A stretch of DNA of 64,000 nucleotides from Amoebidium appalachense (lineage: Eukaryota > Protista > Ichthyosporea): assembly GCA_963693365.1 (NCBI GenBank), contig CAVNZM010000010.1, positions 3,842,159-3,906,158 on the forward strand. The letters run 5' to 3'. Numbering within the stretch: the stretch's first letter is position 1; the number at the start of each line of letters is the position of its first letter. Positions 1 through 13,536 of this stretch are shown here, piece by piece. The notes under the pieces are model-generated. The model did no database searches, was not told where the DNA came from, and saw only the letters and a program-made list of their open reading frames with translations. A program made the translations under genes and the position numbers.

Positions 1-385
1 CTCCCCTCCCCTCCCCTCCCCTCTCCCAAATTGCGATCGCTTTCGAGTAAACTAAGCAAATGTATGACTTTGGGAGAAAAAGAATTGAGGGGGGAGTTAG
101 CATGCGTTATTGACTACCAGGTACACATTCATAACGGACAACACCATGCAGAGTGCAAAACACACATGGAGAGTATTCATTATAAGCACAGCCCATACTC
201 ATGGTGGGCCCAAGTCAAACGGGGGGGGGGGGGGGGGGGGGGGAGGGGGAGGAGGAGGAGGAGGAGGAAGAGTACAACTTTTCCTTTCTTTTCTTTTTTT
301 TTTTTTTTTTTTTTTTGGGGGGGGGGGGGGGGGTTTGAAAGCGTCAAAAAGGGGGAGGGGGGTTGGATGGGCAAATGCTCCATAC

Positions 386-497
386 CGTCCAAAGAGAAGA
401 CGGCGTTGGGTGCATAGGCAGGAAGCAGACCTTCCCTGGCACTTGTCTGGGGGGCATCAAACAGGCTGAAATAGCTGCAGGTGTTTGTGTGTGTGTG

Positions 498-579
<82 letters not shown>

Positions 580-602
580 GCGCGCGCGTGTGCATCCGTG
601 TT

Positions 603-638
<36 letters not shown>

Positions 639-1615
639 CGTGTGTGTGAGAGTGTTGATCAGTGCACTTTAACGAGGAAGAGAAAGGGTATGTGGGTGAG
701 TGTGCAGGTCCACAGGTGCGTGCACGAGTGTGATGGTGGTGTTATTGTGCTTGCACAAAGCGCAAAATCCGTGCATCCACATGAAACAGAAAGCAAGCCA
801 ATGGGACCCCTTCCCATCTTTTTCCAGGTGTATTGAAATAAATCACATCTACCTGTGAGCCGGTATCATCAACCACAAACACATATGCAAGCATAAAACA
901 CACCTTTTTCAGCTGGTGCACATCAAGAACCCACCTCGCATATATTACTATTCACGTTCATCATATCCCGCCCCATATCATCCACTCCCCCCTCCCCCTC
1001 CCCCCTCTCCTTCTCGTCCAAACCAGGAGATGCTGGGGGGAGAGCAGGGGAAGGGGGGGGGGAGGGGAAGGAAATCAGGAGAGGGGGAGACAGAGAGAAA
1101 GAGAGAAAGGGGGTTTCGTTGGTAAGGTTGGGTATACCTTTCCAGAAAGTTGTAGATTGTTCCGCTGACGTTGGGGGGCACAAGGTTGCACAGGCGCTGG
1201 GAGGGGGGAAGGCTGCCTGTCTCGGGAAGGGCAAACGACACGGGGGGTGGTAGCTCAACCATGTCTAGCATCTTGAGTTTGGGAAACCGCTTGCGCACCT
1301 CCCTGGTTTAGGATCCATATCGTCAGGCGGATGTGTATTCTTGTTGTGAAGGAAGGAAGGAAGGAAGACAGAGAGAGGTAATGCATATCCACGATTAGGG
1401 TCCATTCGATCCACCGGGGGGGGGTTGGGGGGGGGGTAATGTGGCAGAGGGGTTAAGCAACTCCTTGGATACGATGCATTCAACAGAGGGGGTGTTTTCG
1501 TATTGTGGTCCAGGACGATGTAAGGCCACGTGTACACGTGTGTGAGTAACTGAGTGTATGTGTGTGTGTGTACGTGTTTGTGTGTGTGGGTGCGTGTGTG
1601 TGTGTGTATGCATGT

Positions 1616-1658
<43 letters not shown>

Positions 1659-2459
1659 CATATCTGCATGTGCCCGGTTGTGTGCATGTGTGTGTATGCG
1701 GATGTGTGTGTGAGTGTGTGAGGAATGTGTGGGCATGCGTGTGTGTGTTGTGTGCATGTCCATGTGTGCGCCTGTGTTGGGTTGTGGTGATGCTTCTTGC
1801 ACAGATTCTGAGGGGGGGTGGGGTGGGGTGGGGTGGGGGGAGGGGGGGGGGGGGGGGGGGGGGGGGGGTGGAAGGGATGAAAAGTGTTACAGAGTACGAA
1901 GCACACTTCAGAAATTGCAGAGCACACAACAAGAGCATGCATCATCAGCAGATCCCATACTCAAAGAAGGGGGAGGAGGGGGGGGGGGGTCTTACGCCTT
2001 GTAAGTTTCATTGTTTGTGAGAGAGTTGCCCGTCAGGATCAGCTCCCGGAGATCATTCCGTAGATTTGACAGGTTGTCCAGTTCTCGCACATCTCGTATC
2101 TGTATGGGAAAACCAAATCCCGGGATATTTAGAACTTAATTTTCAGCCAAATCAAATGAGAGCAGAGGTGTGGAAAAAGATACAGTAGGAATATGAGAGG
2201 TGGAGAGCAATCAAGGAAGAGGGGGGAAGGGGGGGGGTTTGAAGTCGTCATAAAGTACGAAGTACACAAGAACAACTGATAACACGATGCAGAATGCAAA
2301 CCATACATAATGAGTGGAGGGGTAGGTGGGGGGGGGGGGGGGGGGGGGGGGTAAACACAGCCAAAGATATGATTCGTGTATGCATGTATGTGCGCGGATT
2401 CGCGCTCGTGTTTGTGTGTGCACGTGTGTACACGAGTGTGTGTGTCCCTGCGTGTTGGT

Positions 2460-2531
<72 letters not shown>

Positions 2532-2577
2532 CTTCTTTCTTTCTTTCTTTTCTTTTTTTTGTTTTGGGGGGGAGGGG

Positions 2578-2608
<31 letters not shown>

Positions 2609-2813
2609 GGGGGGGGGGGGGGGGGGTGATGTATGCGTTAGAGGGTTGGGAATATGGAGGAGACACCAAAAGACAACAACAAAACGTCACAAAAAAGAGA
2701 AACCCGAAAACCAAACGATTAAGTGTGCAGGCAGAAGACACTTGAAGGGGGGGAGGGGGGGGGGGGGGGGGAGGGGGGATGGATGCGTGCCTGGAGAGAG
2801 GGAGAAAGTGTGT

Positions 2814-2844
<31 letters not shown>

Positions 2845-3629
2845 GGGGGGGGGGGAGGGATATCGCTGCACCTGGTTATCAGCGAGGTTGATGTTGACGG
2901 GCTTGGCCTTGCCCTTGCCCAGATCCCTCCAGGCCTCAAGCCGTTGCAGCCGATTACCGCTGAGATCGAGAGACTCCACCTGCCATATATGGAAGGTCCG
3001 ATTAGATTGCTTGCCGATCATGGAGCATGGGACCGATCAACTACTGCAGAAGGTAATTAAGGTCCCCCCCCTCCTCCCCCCCCCCCCCACACACACACAT
3101 ACCCACCTCCCCCTCTCCAACCAGACCCTCCCCCACTGCCCCTCACCCCTCTCCCTCCATTCTTTCTTGTCTGCCACCTGCCTACCGGAAACCCTTTGGT
3201 GGAAAAGAATTTGCCCGCCACACTTTTACCTTGCTCAGTCTAATGGCACACATACCTTCCCAGCCTCTGATTTCCCTTTCTTTCTCCGCTTCCAACACTG
3301 TTTTCCCCATGTGTGAAGAAAAACCGTGCCCGTTGGGAACAAGCCAACACACGATAATCGGTACTTACAGTGCCGAGCTCAGGGGGGTAAAAAAGGGACC
3401 CTCCCAAAAAAAATTAAAAAGAAAAAGGAAAAAAACAACACATCGGTGGACACATTTGTTGAGTTGTTAAGCCGAGGTACGGTACCTCGGGGCAGTTTTG
3501 GTCGACTATAGCCAACACCTTGCTGACAAAATTGCGTGCAAATGCCTTGTAGTTGGGGTTGGCCTCCTCCATCTTGGAAAGGGACAGGAGCTTGATGTCC
3601 TTGTTGTAGCGGGACCTGAATGTGTGGGG

Positions 3630-3678
<49 letters not shown>

Positions 3679-3764
3679 GATGTGTGTGCATGCGCGCATG
3701 TGTGTGTATAGGTGTGTGTGTGTGGGGGGGGGGGGGGGGGGGGGGAGAGAGAGGGGGGGGCGGG

Positions 3765-3855
<91 letters not shown>

Positions 3856-4489
3856 ATATGTATGTACTTATGTATGTATGAATGCGTGTGTGTGTGTGTG
3901 TGTGCACGTGGGTGTCAATGCTTATGTGTAAACGGACGTGTACCTGCGTGTACGAGTATGTGTGTGTGCATGTGTGTACGTGTGTGCATGTGTGTCAGTG
4001 TGTGTGTGTACGTGTGTGCATGTGTGTGAGTGTGTGTGTGTGCGTGTGGTAAGTGTATCTGCATGTGTGTGAGTGTGCGTGTGTACGTGTGGTAAGCGTA
4101 TCTGCATGCACGTGTACATGTGTGTGCATGTGTGTACGTGTGTGCATGTGTGCATGTGTGTGTGTGTATGTGTGGTAAGCGTATCTGTATGCACGTGTGT
4201 GCATGTGTGTGTGTGTGTGTGTGTGTACGTGTGGTAAGCGTATCTGCATGCACGTGTGTGCATGTGTGTGAGTGAGTGTGTGTGCGTGTGGTAAGTGTAT
4301 CTGCATGCACGTGTACATGTGTGTGCATGTGCGTGTGTGTACGCTTTTGCACGTACACACAGGCAAACACACAACAAACAAACAAAACAAACAAGCAAAC
4401 AAAAGAACCAAAAAGAAAAAAGCAAAACGGAAAGAACTAAACAGCATACAACAATCCCACCCCCTCCCCCCCCCTCCACCCCCTCCCCC

Positions 4490-4570
<81 letters not shown>

Positions 4571-7500
4571 CCCCCCTCCCCCCCACCCCACCCCACCCCA
4601 CCCCACCCCACCCACCCACCCACCCACCTTTTCCTCCAACCCCCCAAAAAACCAAACAAGCCTTCCTCTCCCAAAAAAAAAAAGAAGGAAAGAAAGAAAC
4701 AAGAAAAAAGAAGCCGAACAAAAACATAAAAAATAAACCCACTCACCCCAGAACGTTCAGCAAGTCCTCCTGGTCGTTCTGTGACAGGTCGTTTCCATCA
4801 AAGGATGACATGGGCCGATCGTTGCCCTGGTGCCCCCCCCCCAAACACCGCACGGGTGCTCACGTCGATCTGTCCACCCCAACAGCATATACACGGTTAG
4901 CACCTATACGTTTGAACTTCTACATCAGAAAGATTCATTCCCCCCCCCCCCCCCCAGGCCCCCCCTTATGATGGGCTCTGCCTATGATGCATACGATTTT
5001 TTATGCGTGTGCTTTACAAAGCCTGCATGGTGTTGTCCTTCGTCAAAGTGTACGTCATACTCGGAACACCTTCCTTGCCCCACTCCACCCAAACATAACA
5101 CGGGGGCCTCAATTGTTCCCTGCAACTTACCCGGTAAGCTCTTCTAAAGTATAAGCTAAAGCGTTTCCCCCCTTTCCGGAGCAGCAGGAATGTGAGAAAT
5201 CCGAACTTATTTAAAGATCTTTTTTTTTCTCCTATTTTAGCAGCGCAGGTCTTTCAAAGCTTTTATCCAATAACAATAGGCTGTTTAATTTACGTGGATA
5301 CATGAACCAATTGCGAAAACTTATCAGATCACAAGATGATGTCATTGTGCGTTTGGTGGACACGATTGGCAATTTTGTTGGCGGCTTGGCTTGCATTTAC
5401 TTGCGGATCGACTCATGAAGGCCAATCATATTGTTGCAAACTAAAGATCTTAGCGAAGTCAACGTGTCTTTAATGAGAACCTTTTCCGACCCGAACTTCC
5501 GAACTTTCTGGGAAATGTGTGGCGCACCAACAGTGGGCCGCTTTACATAACACCAACCTCACGGACATTAGCATTTTACGTTTTAAACCATGTTAACGTT
5601 GCAAGGTATAGCTTAACCACCAATCACACTCTAACACAATTATTTTACTTTCTAAAAGTTCAAAGCACAAGAACTGAAGCTGAGAGCATGTACGAGCAAA
5701 GTGGCCCTGACCAAGGCGCCACCACAATAAATACATGGGAAGACTTTGTATTTGGCCTACCCCAGCAAGCAAAATTGAACAGTATAAGTAGCCCATGGGA
5801 TTCTGTATCAAGGTGTATGCGCACCGTTTTATACAAACCATGTCCATCATGTCATGCGCTCCGCCGGCCCATATGGGACCGCGAGACCGTCCTGCCTAAT
5901 TCTCAACCCTAGAGGCCTTATTTTCAAGCCAGATGATGACGAATACCCGCAGTTAACCGCAAATAAGACCCGAAAACAAGTCAAGTCCTACAAACAAGCA
6001 AAAAATATTACGTCGAACATTGTTTTAAACTCTGCATCCAGCTAACAGATACGACTTATTTGGTGCGTTCCCTTCCAATCCGAATACACATTGTAGCCCT
6101 GTTCGACTCCCTTTGATCGGATCGCAAAACCCAAACTTTAAGGGCCTGTTTGGCAGCACCCCAATAATCGTATTCGTATTTAGGCCCTAAATACGATCTA
6201 CCGTATTTACAAAATTTATCGTGGTATGCGTATTTAGGGCCTAAATACGGTTGTTGCCTTCCAAACGCTGTCAGGCGTGACTGGTCACATAAAATGTCGA
6301 TACATGGTTCACGAGATCTGATTGGCCCTATTCGCACCCATTGATCATCCTTCGGTATTCCATGCATATAGGCTGGTGCAGCTGTAGTCAGTATTACAGC
6401 GAACGGCAAAAACGAGTCACCGACAGTGAGTCTTGCTCTGTTTAACAATAGGTTAGAATGTCTGTTATTGAAGGGATACTGCCAGTTATTGCGGTGGCTA
6501 GCCTTGCTAGAGACCTTGTTTTACGTCACCAACGCTCGTCCCTGGCATTCCCCACATATCTGAACACATAGTGAGTGTTAAAATTTGTCCTTGTCTATGC
6601 AGTACTCGTGGTGCCTGCATGTCACCGAGTTTGTACATGTACATTTGATTGTTTTTATTAATGCATATATCGGAGTTTAGTATTGTTTCAATGATTATTA
6701 TGGCATATATATACAGTCTGAGCTTGTGATCATGCACCGTGTAGGGTTCCTCGTCCTCTGTCTTACCTGTGCAGCCCAAATTCATGTGCCAATTTTAACT
6801 GAGCATGTACACAAAATGACGTGTATGACACCGACCTTCTTTTTAACAGTGAATTGTTCACGTGCATGCGCCGGCATGCGTACTGTAGTAAAAATGTGCC
6901 CTCCGCGGCTTACGCTGTACCATTGGCTAGCTGATAGCCAATAAATGATGCAAAATGCTCTGATTGGCTAATTTCCTATATCGTATTTACGAAAATAACC
7001 TCCGGAGGTGATTTTCGTAAATACGATATAAAAGAGATTCCTATCGTATTTACAAAAAATAAAAGCCCGCGGCGTGTTTGGCATGCCACGGGATCGTATA
7101 CGTATTTAGGCCCTAAATAAGAATACGATAAAAAACCGTATTTAGCGCGCTACCAAACAGGCCCTAAACCTATTTTTCTAGTCCATGTTCATGATCAGTT
7201 CCCGAAAGATCGTTATTACAGCGCAATCGAATACAGCAGGCGCGCACCAGCTCTTATTTGGCCGGTATCGCCCATATTTCACGTAATATTTGTAAGCGGG
7301 GGCCGGGGCCCCGTGTATACGTAACACGTTGCCAGTTGGGCCCGAACATAGTGCTGACGCTGCTGGCCGTTCCATTTGTTTTTAAAATGCATATATTAGT
7401 TTACTATCTCCTGTAAATGAATCAAAGGTTCAAAAGAAGTAGGAATATAGCGAATGATGTATTCGTGTGTAAGCGGGGCCCACCCAGGGCCCTGCGTTAC

Positions 7501-7719
7501 CCAATTGAATCTAGTATACATATACACTAATACTGAAATAAACCTTTACACAGACATCCAATTCATAGGATTCACTACAGACACAGCTCGGGTTTCCCCC
7601 GCCCGTCTGCTAGTGCACCCCTACGGCTCACCCTGTCGGGGGCTAAACTTATGATAATAACATCAGTAGAGATATAAAGATACACCTAAATAGCTCAACT
7701 GTTATATGAAAGGGCCCGA

Positions 7720-7791
<72 letters not shown>

Positions 7792-7995
7792 CGAGCGTGC
7801 GTGCGTGTGTGTGTACGTGCGCCTGCCTGAGAGCGTGTTGTATGTGCGTGCGTTCGTGCATTCATGTACGCATATTGTGCGTACGCGCGTGGATGCGTGG
7901 GTGCGGGTGAGTGAAAAAGGGAGGGAGGGAGAGAGGGGAGGGAGGGGGAGGGGGGGGGGGGGGGGAGGCGGAGGGAGGTAACATAGGGAAGAGGG

Positions 7996-8026
<31 letters not shown>

Positions 8027-10292
8027 GGGGGGGGGTTGTAAATTTCACCTGATGCTGTCCGAATTTAGCCTTATCAGCACGCTGCCTTATCTGTCTTGCG
8101 CTCTGAAAGTCCGTGTCGAAGGAACACCCCGCCACCCCTTGCCGCGTGGTGAACGCTCGAAACTGCCACAACCCCCAAGGATTAAAACGAGGTGCATGGA
8201 AGGCAGAGAGGCATAGGCAGAAGCAACGAAGATACGTGGGAGGTAGAGGAAGCGATATGAAGGAGAGAGAGATTTGAAGGGGTTTACGCTGTTCTCTCGA
8301 GGCACAACAGAGACCAGCCTCAGGTATGGGGGGTAATTTGCTTGGTATATCCCCTCAGCTCTATCATATCAGGTACATGGATGTCGGGAGATGCTATATA
8401 TCAAGGTTTTCTCACTAAGTTATATAAACTAAAGAGAAAATCAATTAGTTGGGTTCTCCGTTTTTTCTTTTCTTTTTCGAAGAGATAAATGGGAGGTAGA
8501 AACAGAAACGAGGAACGCTACATGTGGGGTAGAAGCAGTGTGCAGCAAGACGTGAGTAGAAACGAGGATCGAGGAAGCTATGTGTGAGGCGGAGACAGAA
8601 CCGAGGAGCATATATGTGAGATAGTATCGAGGTGAGGAGGATACACGTGGCTTGGACACAGATACAAGAAGAGGCGCGTGTAACGGGAAACACGTAAGGA
8701 ATATGGGTTGCCGCCCCCCCCCCCCCCCCCCCCCCCCCCCCCCACTCCTACTCGCACACACACACACCCTTTACCTTCCCATTTGCCCACTACACGTGTG
8801 CACACACACACGCACGTATGCACACACAAAGGCACACAGGCAAGCAGGAAGGCAGTCAGGCAGGCAGGCAGGCAGGCAGGCACGCAAGCACACAGGCACA
8901 CACGCAACGCACGCACTCATGCACGCACGCCAATGCATGCGCACAAACACCCCTAACTTCGTCAACTCTGTCAGAAAAATTATGTACTGAAAAGAGAACG
9001 CCTGCCAGTAGTTACAAGTATGTTGCACAAAAAAGTGAATGGGTCGTACATGCGTGCACGCGAGTGCAAATGTGTGTACTGTTTTGTGTGTCTGTGTGTG
9101 TTGTGTGCGTGTGCGGACACCGGTCGTACGTGCAACAGCGAGGGCGTGTGTGTGTATCTGTGTGTGTGCTTGTGTCCGTACGAGCACTCGTACGTGTGGA
9201 TGTGTGTCTGTGTGTGTGTAGGTGCATGCATGTGTGTTTTGTATGTACCTGTAGCTTGTGTTTGTGGGTGTGCATTTGAATTTTGCACGTGGACGTGCAC
9301 GTGTATCGGCACATGTGTGTGTGCATGTGTGTGTGCATGTGTATCGGCACATGTGTGTGTGCATGTGTGTGTGCATGTGTATCGGCACATGTGTGTGTGC
9401 ATGTGTGTGTGCATGTGTATCGGCACATGTGTGTGTGCATGTGTATCGGCACATGTGTGTGTGCATATGTACGTCCCGGGATGCTTACAAAAGCACGGTT
9501 TACCTGCACTCGTACGTGTACACACACGTGTGTGCTCGTATACGTGCACACGTATGTTTGTGCAGCATGTGTTCGTTTACGTGTGGTTGTGTGTATAGGC
9601 ATTGGCGCCTTCATGTGTAAGTGTGTGTGTAAGTGCATGTGTACGCACATGCGGACGTGTGCGTCCACCTATTCGTATACTTGCTGTATTCATATACTTG
9701 CTGTATTCATATACTTGCTGTATTCATATACTTGATGTATCGTGTAAGAGATCTACTTGTGGACGTGCATGCGTACGTGGAAAAGCATGTGCTCGTGTAC
9801 GTGCATGAATGGACGTACATGTATTTGTTTACGTGCACCTTTTTATATTTTCACCCACCTTGCTGTATGTGAACCGTGTGCCCACCAGCCCCACCAGAAA
9901 GTCGATGACTGCCCCCTCGGTTACGTTGGGCCCCAAATGGTAAATCTGAGAGACAGGGGGAAGGGGGGGGAGGGGGGAGAGGGGGAGGGGGGGGGGGGGG
10001 GGAGGGGGAGAGAGAGAAAGAGAGAGAAATACAGCACAGGGGGGGAGGACGCCGACGGGAAGCGGGGGGAGGGGGGGGGGGAGCATGCAGAAGGAGGTGT
10101 GTGTGTGTGTGTTTGGGGAGGGAGGTGGAGGGGGGGCGGGAGGGGGGGGGGGGAGGGGGGGGGGGGGGGGGGGGGGAGGAGGGGACAATGTGTTACTAAG
10201 CACGACAATGGTAAAAACAAAAAATGGCAGAAACAGAGAAAGCGGGACACGAGAATGAGGGGGAGGAAAGGGGAGAATGCGCCTAGGCACGG

Positions 10293-10327
<35 letters not shown>

Positions 10328-11059
10328 GATCATGATTGTGAAAGAGCGAACGGGAACCGTTAAAAGATATGGGAGAAAGGGGGGGGGGGGGGGGGGGGGG
10401 GAGGACTACGTGCGCGTAATGGTGTCGTTTTGTGAGTGTGTATGGGGTGGAGGGGGGGGAAGGGGGGGGGGGGGGGGGAGGCGCACCGAGATAACCGAGG
10501 TGACACCCACACCCAGTCACCGTACCCCCCCCCCCCCCTCCCCCCTTTCCAACCTCTCAACCCCAATACCACACAGACAATTAACCCCTATCCCCCTCCC
10601 CCTCCCCCCCATCACATAGACACACAACCCCACCATTTCAGGCACACACACGCACGCAGGCACGCACACAGGCACGCACGCAAGCACGTACACAAGCATC
10701 CCCCCCCCCCCCCCTCTTCTTTTCACACATTCACTTACCCCCCCCCCCCTCCCTCCCCTCCCCCCCCCCCGCCTCTCTCCCCTTTGCCCCCCTCCTTCCC
10801 CCACCTTATCCCCCCCCCCACCTCCCCCCTCCACCCAACCCACCCACCCACACCGACACCTTACTCATATTCAACCTGCTCCCTCCACCACCCCTCTGCT
10901 CCCTGTCGCTGTTGTCCCCCCCCCCCCCCCCCCCCCTCTTCCCCCCCAAAAAAATTAAATAAAAAAAACTACCGCCACATACACCCATTCACTCACCCAC
11001 CTCCCCCCCCCCCCCCCCCCCCCCCCCCACCACCACCACCACCACCACCACCACCCCAG

Positions 11060-11093
<34 letters not shown>

Positions 11094-12219
11094 CGCCCCT
11101 CTCCTTCCCACAAACACATGCACACACACACCAACATCACCGAACCGTTGCTCATATTCGATCCGCCCCCCCCCTCCACCACCACCGTCACCACCACCCC
11201 CCTGCCTCCTGTCCTTGTAGTCTCCCCCCCCCCCCCCCCCCCCCTCCCGTCCCCCCGGACCATCCAGCCCCTCCCCGCCCACCACCACCAACAGACCCCC
11301 CCCCCCCCCCCCGCCCACACACACACACACACACACTCACCGACACGTTGCTCATATTCGATCCACCTCCTCCGCCACCACCACCACCACCCCCCTGCCT
11401 CCTGTCCCTGTAGTCACCTCCCCCCCTGCCTGTCCTGGTACGAATCCTCTCTGCCCATCTGCTGGTTTTGCCTCCTCGGTCTCCTCCCCCCGTACGGTGA
11501 ACTGCAATATCGAACCCCGTCAGCTACATGTTATTTTCCCCCTGCCCCTCCCCCCCCCCCCCCCCCCCCCGCCGCAGCCTACAAAACCCCCTTCCTTGCC
11601 CCTTATCCTCTTTCCTCTTCTCTTTTCAACCAACTTCCCCTCTCCCAATCGCAAGCTCACGAACAGGCACACGCATGCACACACCCACCCACAAGCATGG
11701 AGATGTGCATGTGCACAGAGATACACAGCACATACATACGCACTGATGCACAGGCACAAACAGGCAAATTAGTCAACACGGCCACTCTTGCTTGCATATC
11801 AGCTAAATACTGAAACCGAACAGTCATGGTACTACCAGGCAAGAACACATCCACAATCCAGCCTTCCCCCCCCCCCCCCCCCAAAAAAAAAAAAAAACAC
11901 ACACACACACACCAAACGCCCTTACCACCTTCTTCCCCCCCTACAGAACGCGCACACACACGCACCTCATCCCAGAAAAGGAAAAAAAAAGGGGGGGGGA
12001 GGGGGGCAGGGATGGGGGGGGGGGGGGAGGTGGGGGTGTGGGGGGAGGAGGGGGGGGGGGGGGGGGGGGGGGGGTAGCATAACCAGGTGCAGCGCAACAA
12101 GTCAGACACAAAACCAAAACATAGGTCGAAAAAGGACTGTTGAAGAGGGGCGGAGGAAGTTGTGTGTGTGTGGGGGGGGGGGGGGGGGGGGGGATATGAT
12201 TTATGCAATAGAAAGAGAT

Positions 12220-12255
<36 letters not shown>

Positions 12256-12952
12256 ATAAGTCATTTTGTGCTAAAGAAATAAAGCTCAACGCTACACACT
12301 GACAAATAAATGGCAAAAATGCACTGAAATTCAGATGAAAGAAAAGTGAGTGTGTGTGTGTGTGCATGGGGAAGGAGGGGGATCTTACAATCTCTCCTGG
12401 CGGGGTTTCCTAGTCTCGGGTCCCCCCGCATCCATCGGTATGTCTGCATCGAGCAAACCCCCCCTTCCCGTGGTGGCGGCCCTCCTCCCCGGCCCCTCCC
12501 TCCCCGACCCCCCCTCCCTGCACACACGGGAAGTTATGGTGAGATGATTGCAGGTGAACTACTGAGGTCTAGAAGGTGTGTGTGTGTGTGTAAAGCGTTC
12601 CGAAGAGAGAGGGGGGGCTAGAAAGGAGAAATTATACCCCACACCACCGCCACCACCGCCACCACTAGCATTCCAACCATCCCCGCTCATGCACGCCCCC
12701 CCCCTCCCCCTCCCCCTCCCCCCCCCCCCCCCCCCAAAAAAAAAAAAAAAAAAAACGTGCAAGTAAGCATATACTCACACCCACCAGCACCCCCACCACG
12801 ACTACACCCAAATAAAACGGTGAAGTGCCCCAAATGTAAACGTTTGTGACCCATGTGGTGTGTGTGTGCATGCTCGTAAATGCGCCTGCGCTCGCACACG
12901 TGTGTGTGTGTATGTCCGCGTGCCTGTGTGCCTGCGTGTTTGTGTGCGTGTA

Positions 12953-13023
<71 letters not shown>

Positions 13024-13500
13024 TGGCCATTGGCTGGAGAGAGGGAAGGGGAGGGGTGAATTGTGTGGAAGTGCATGTGCATGTGTAGGTGCCTGTTCTG
13101 GTGCGTGCCTGTGTGCGTGCATGCTGTGTGCGTGCATGCGTGAGTATGTGTGTCTTGTGGAGAGGGAGAGCCAGAGTGGAGGAGAGGGGTGGGGGGGAGA
13201 GAAGGGGAGGAAGAAAAGGGAGTGAGAAATTGCGTGGGGGAAGTGGGGGGGGGGGGGGGGAGGGGGGGAGGGGGGAAAGGGGAAGGGGGGGAGGGGGCTT
13301 TATACCTCGAGGAGGGAGGCGGTTGTCATCCATTGGCCCTCTTCGGTCATCTGAAAATAAACAAAGTGAGCATAGGTGACAGCAACGACCAAAGGATCGA
13401 GAAGTGTAGATGGAGGGAGAGTGCAGATGCCGTAGAGGGGAATGTGGGCAAGGTAACAGGAGAAAAAGATTCTGTCAGGGTGAAAGGGAGGGGAGGACGC

Positions 13501-13536
<36 letters not shown>

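Noticed and set aside
5160-6140. Unique AT-richer intronic block with 60-130 aa ORFs and weak inverted ends
   Set aside because: No recognisable domain, TIR or TSD; possibly old transposon DNA but unsupported
7411-7580. Weak inverted repeat CTGTAAATGAATC / GATTCACTACAG
   Set aside because: Too short, gapped, and without a target duplication
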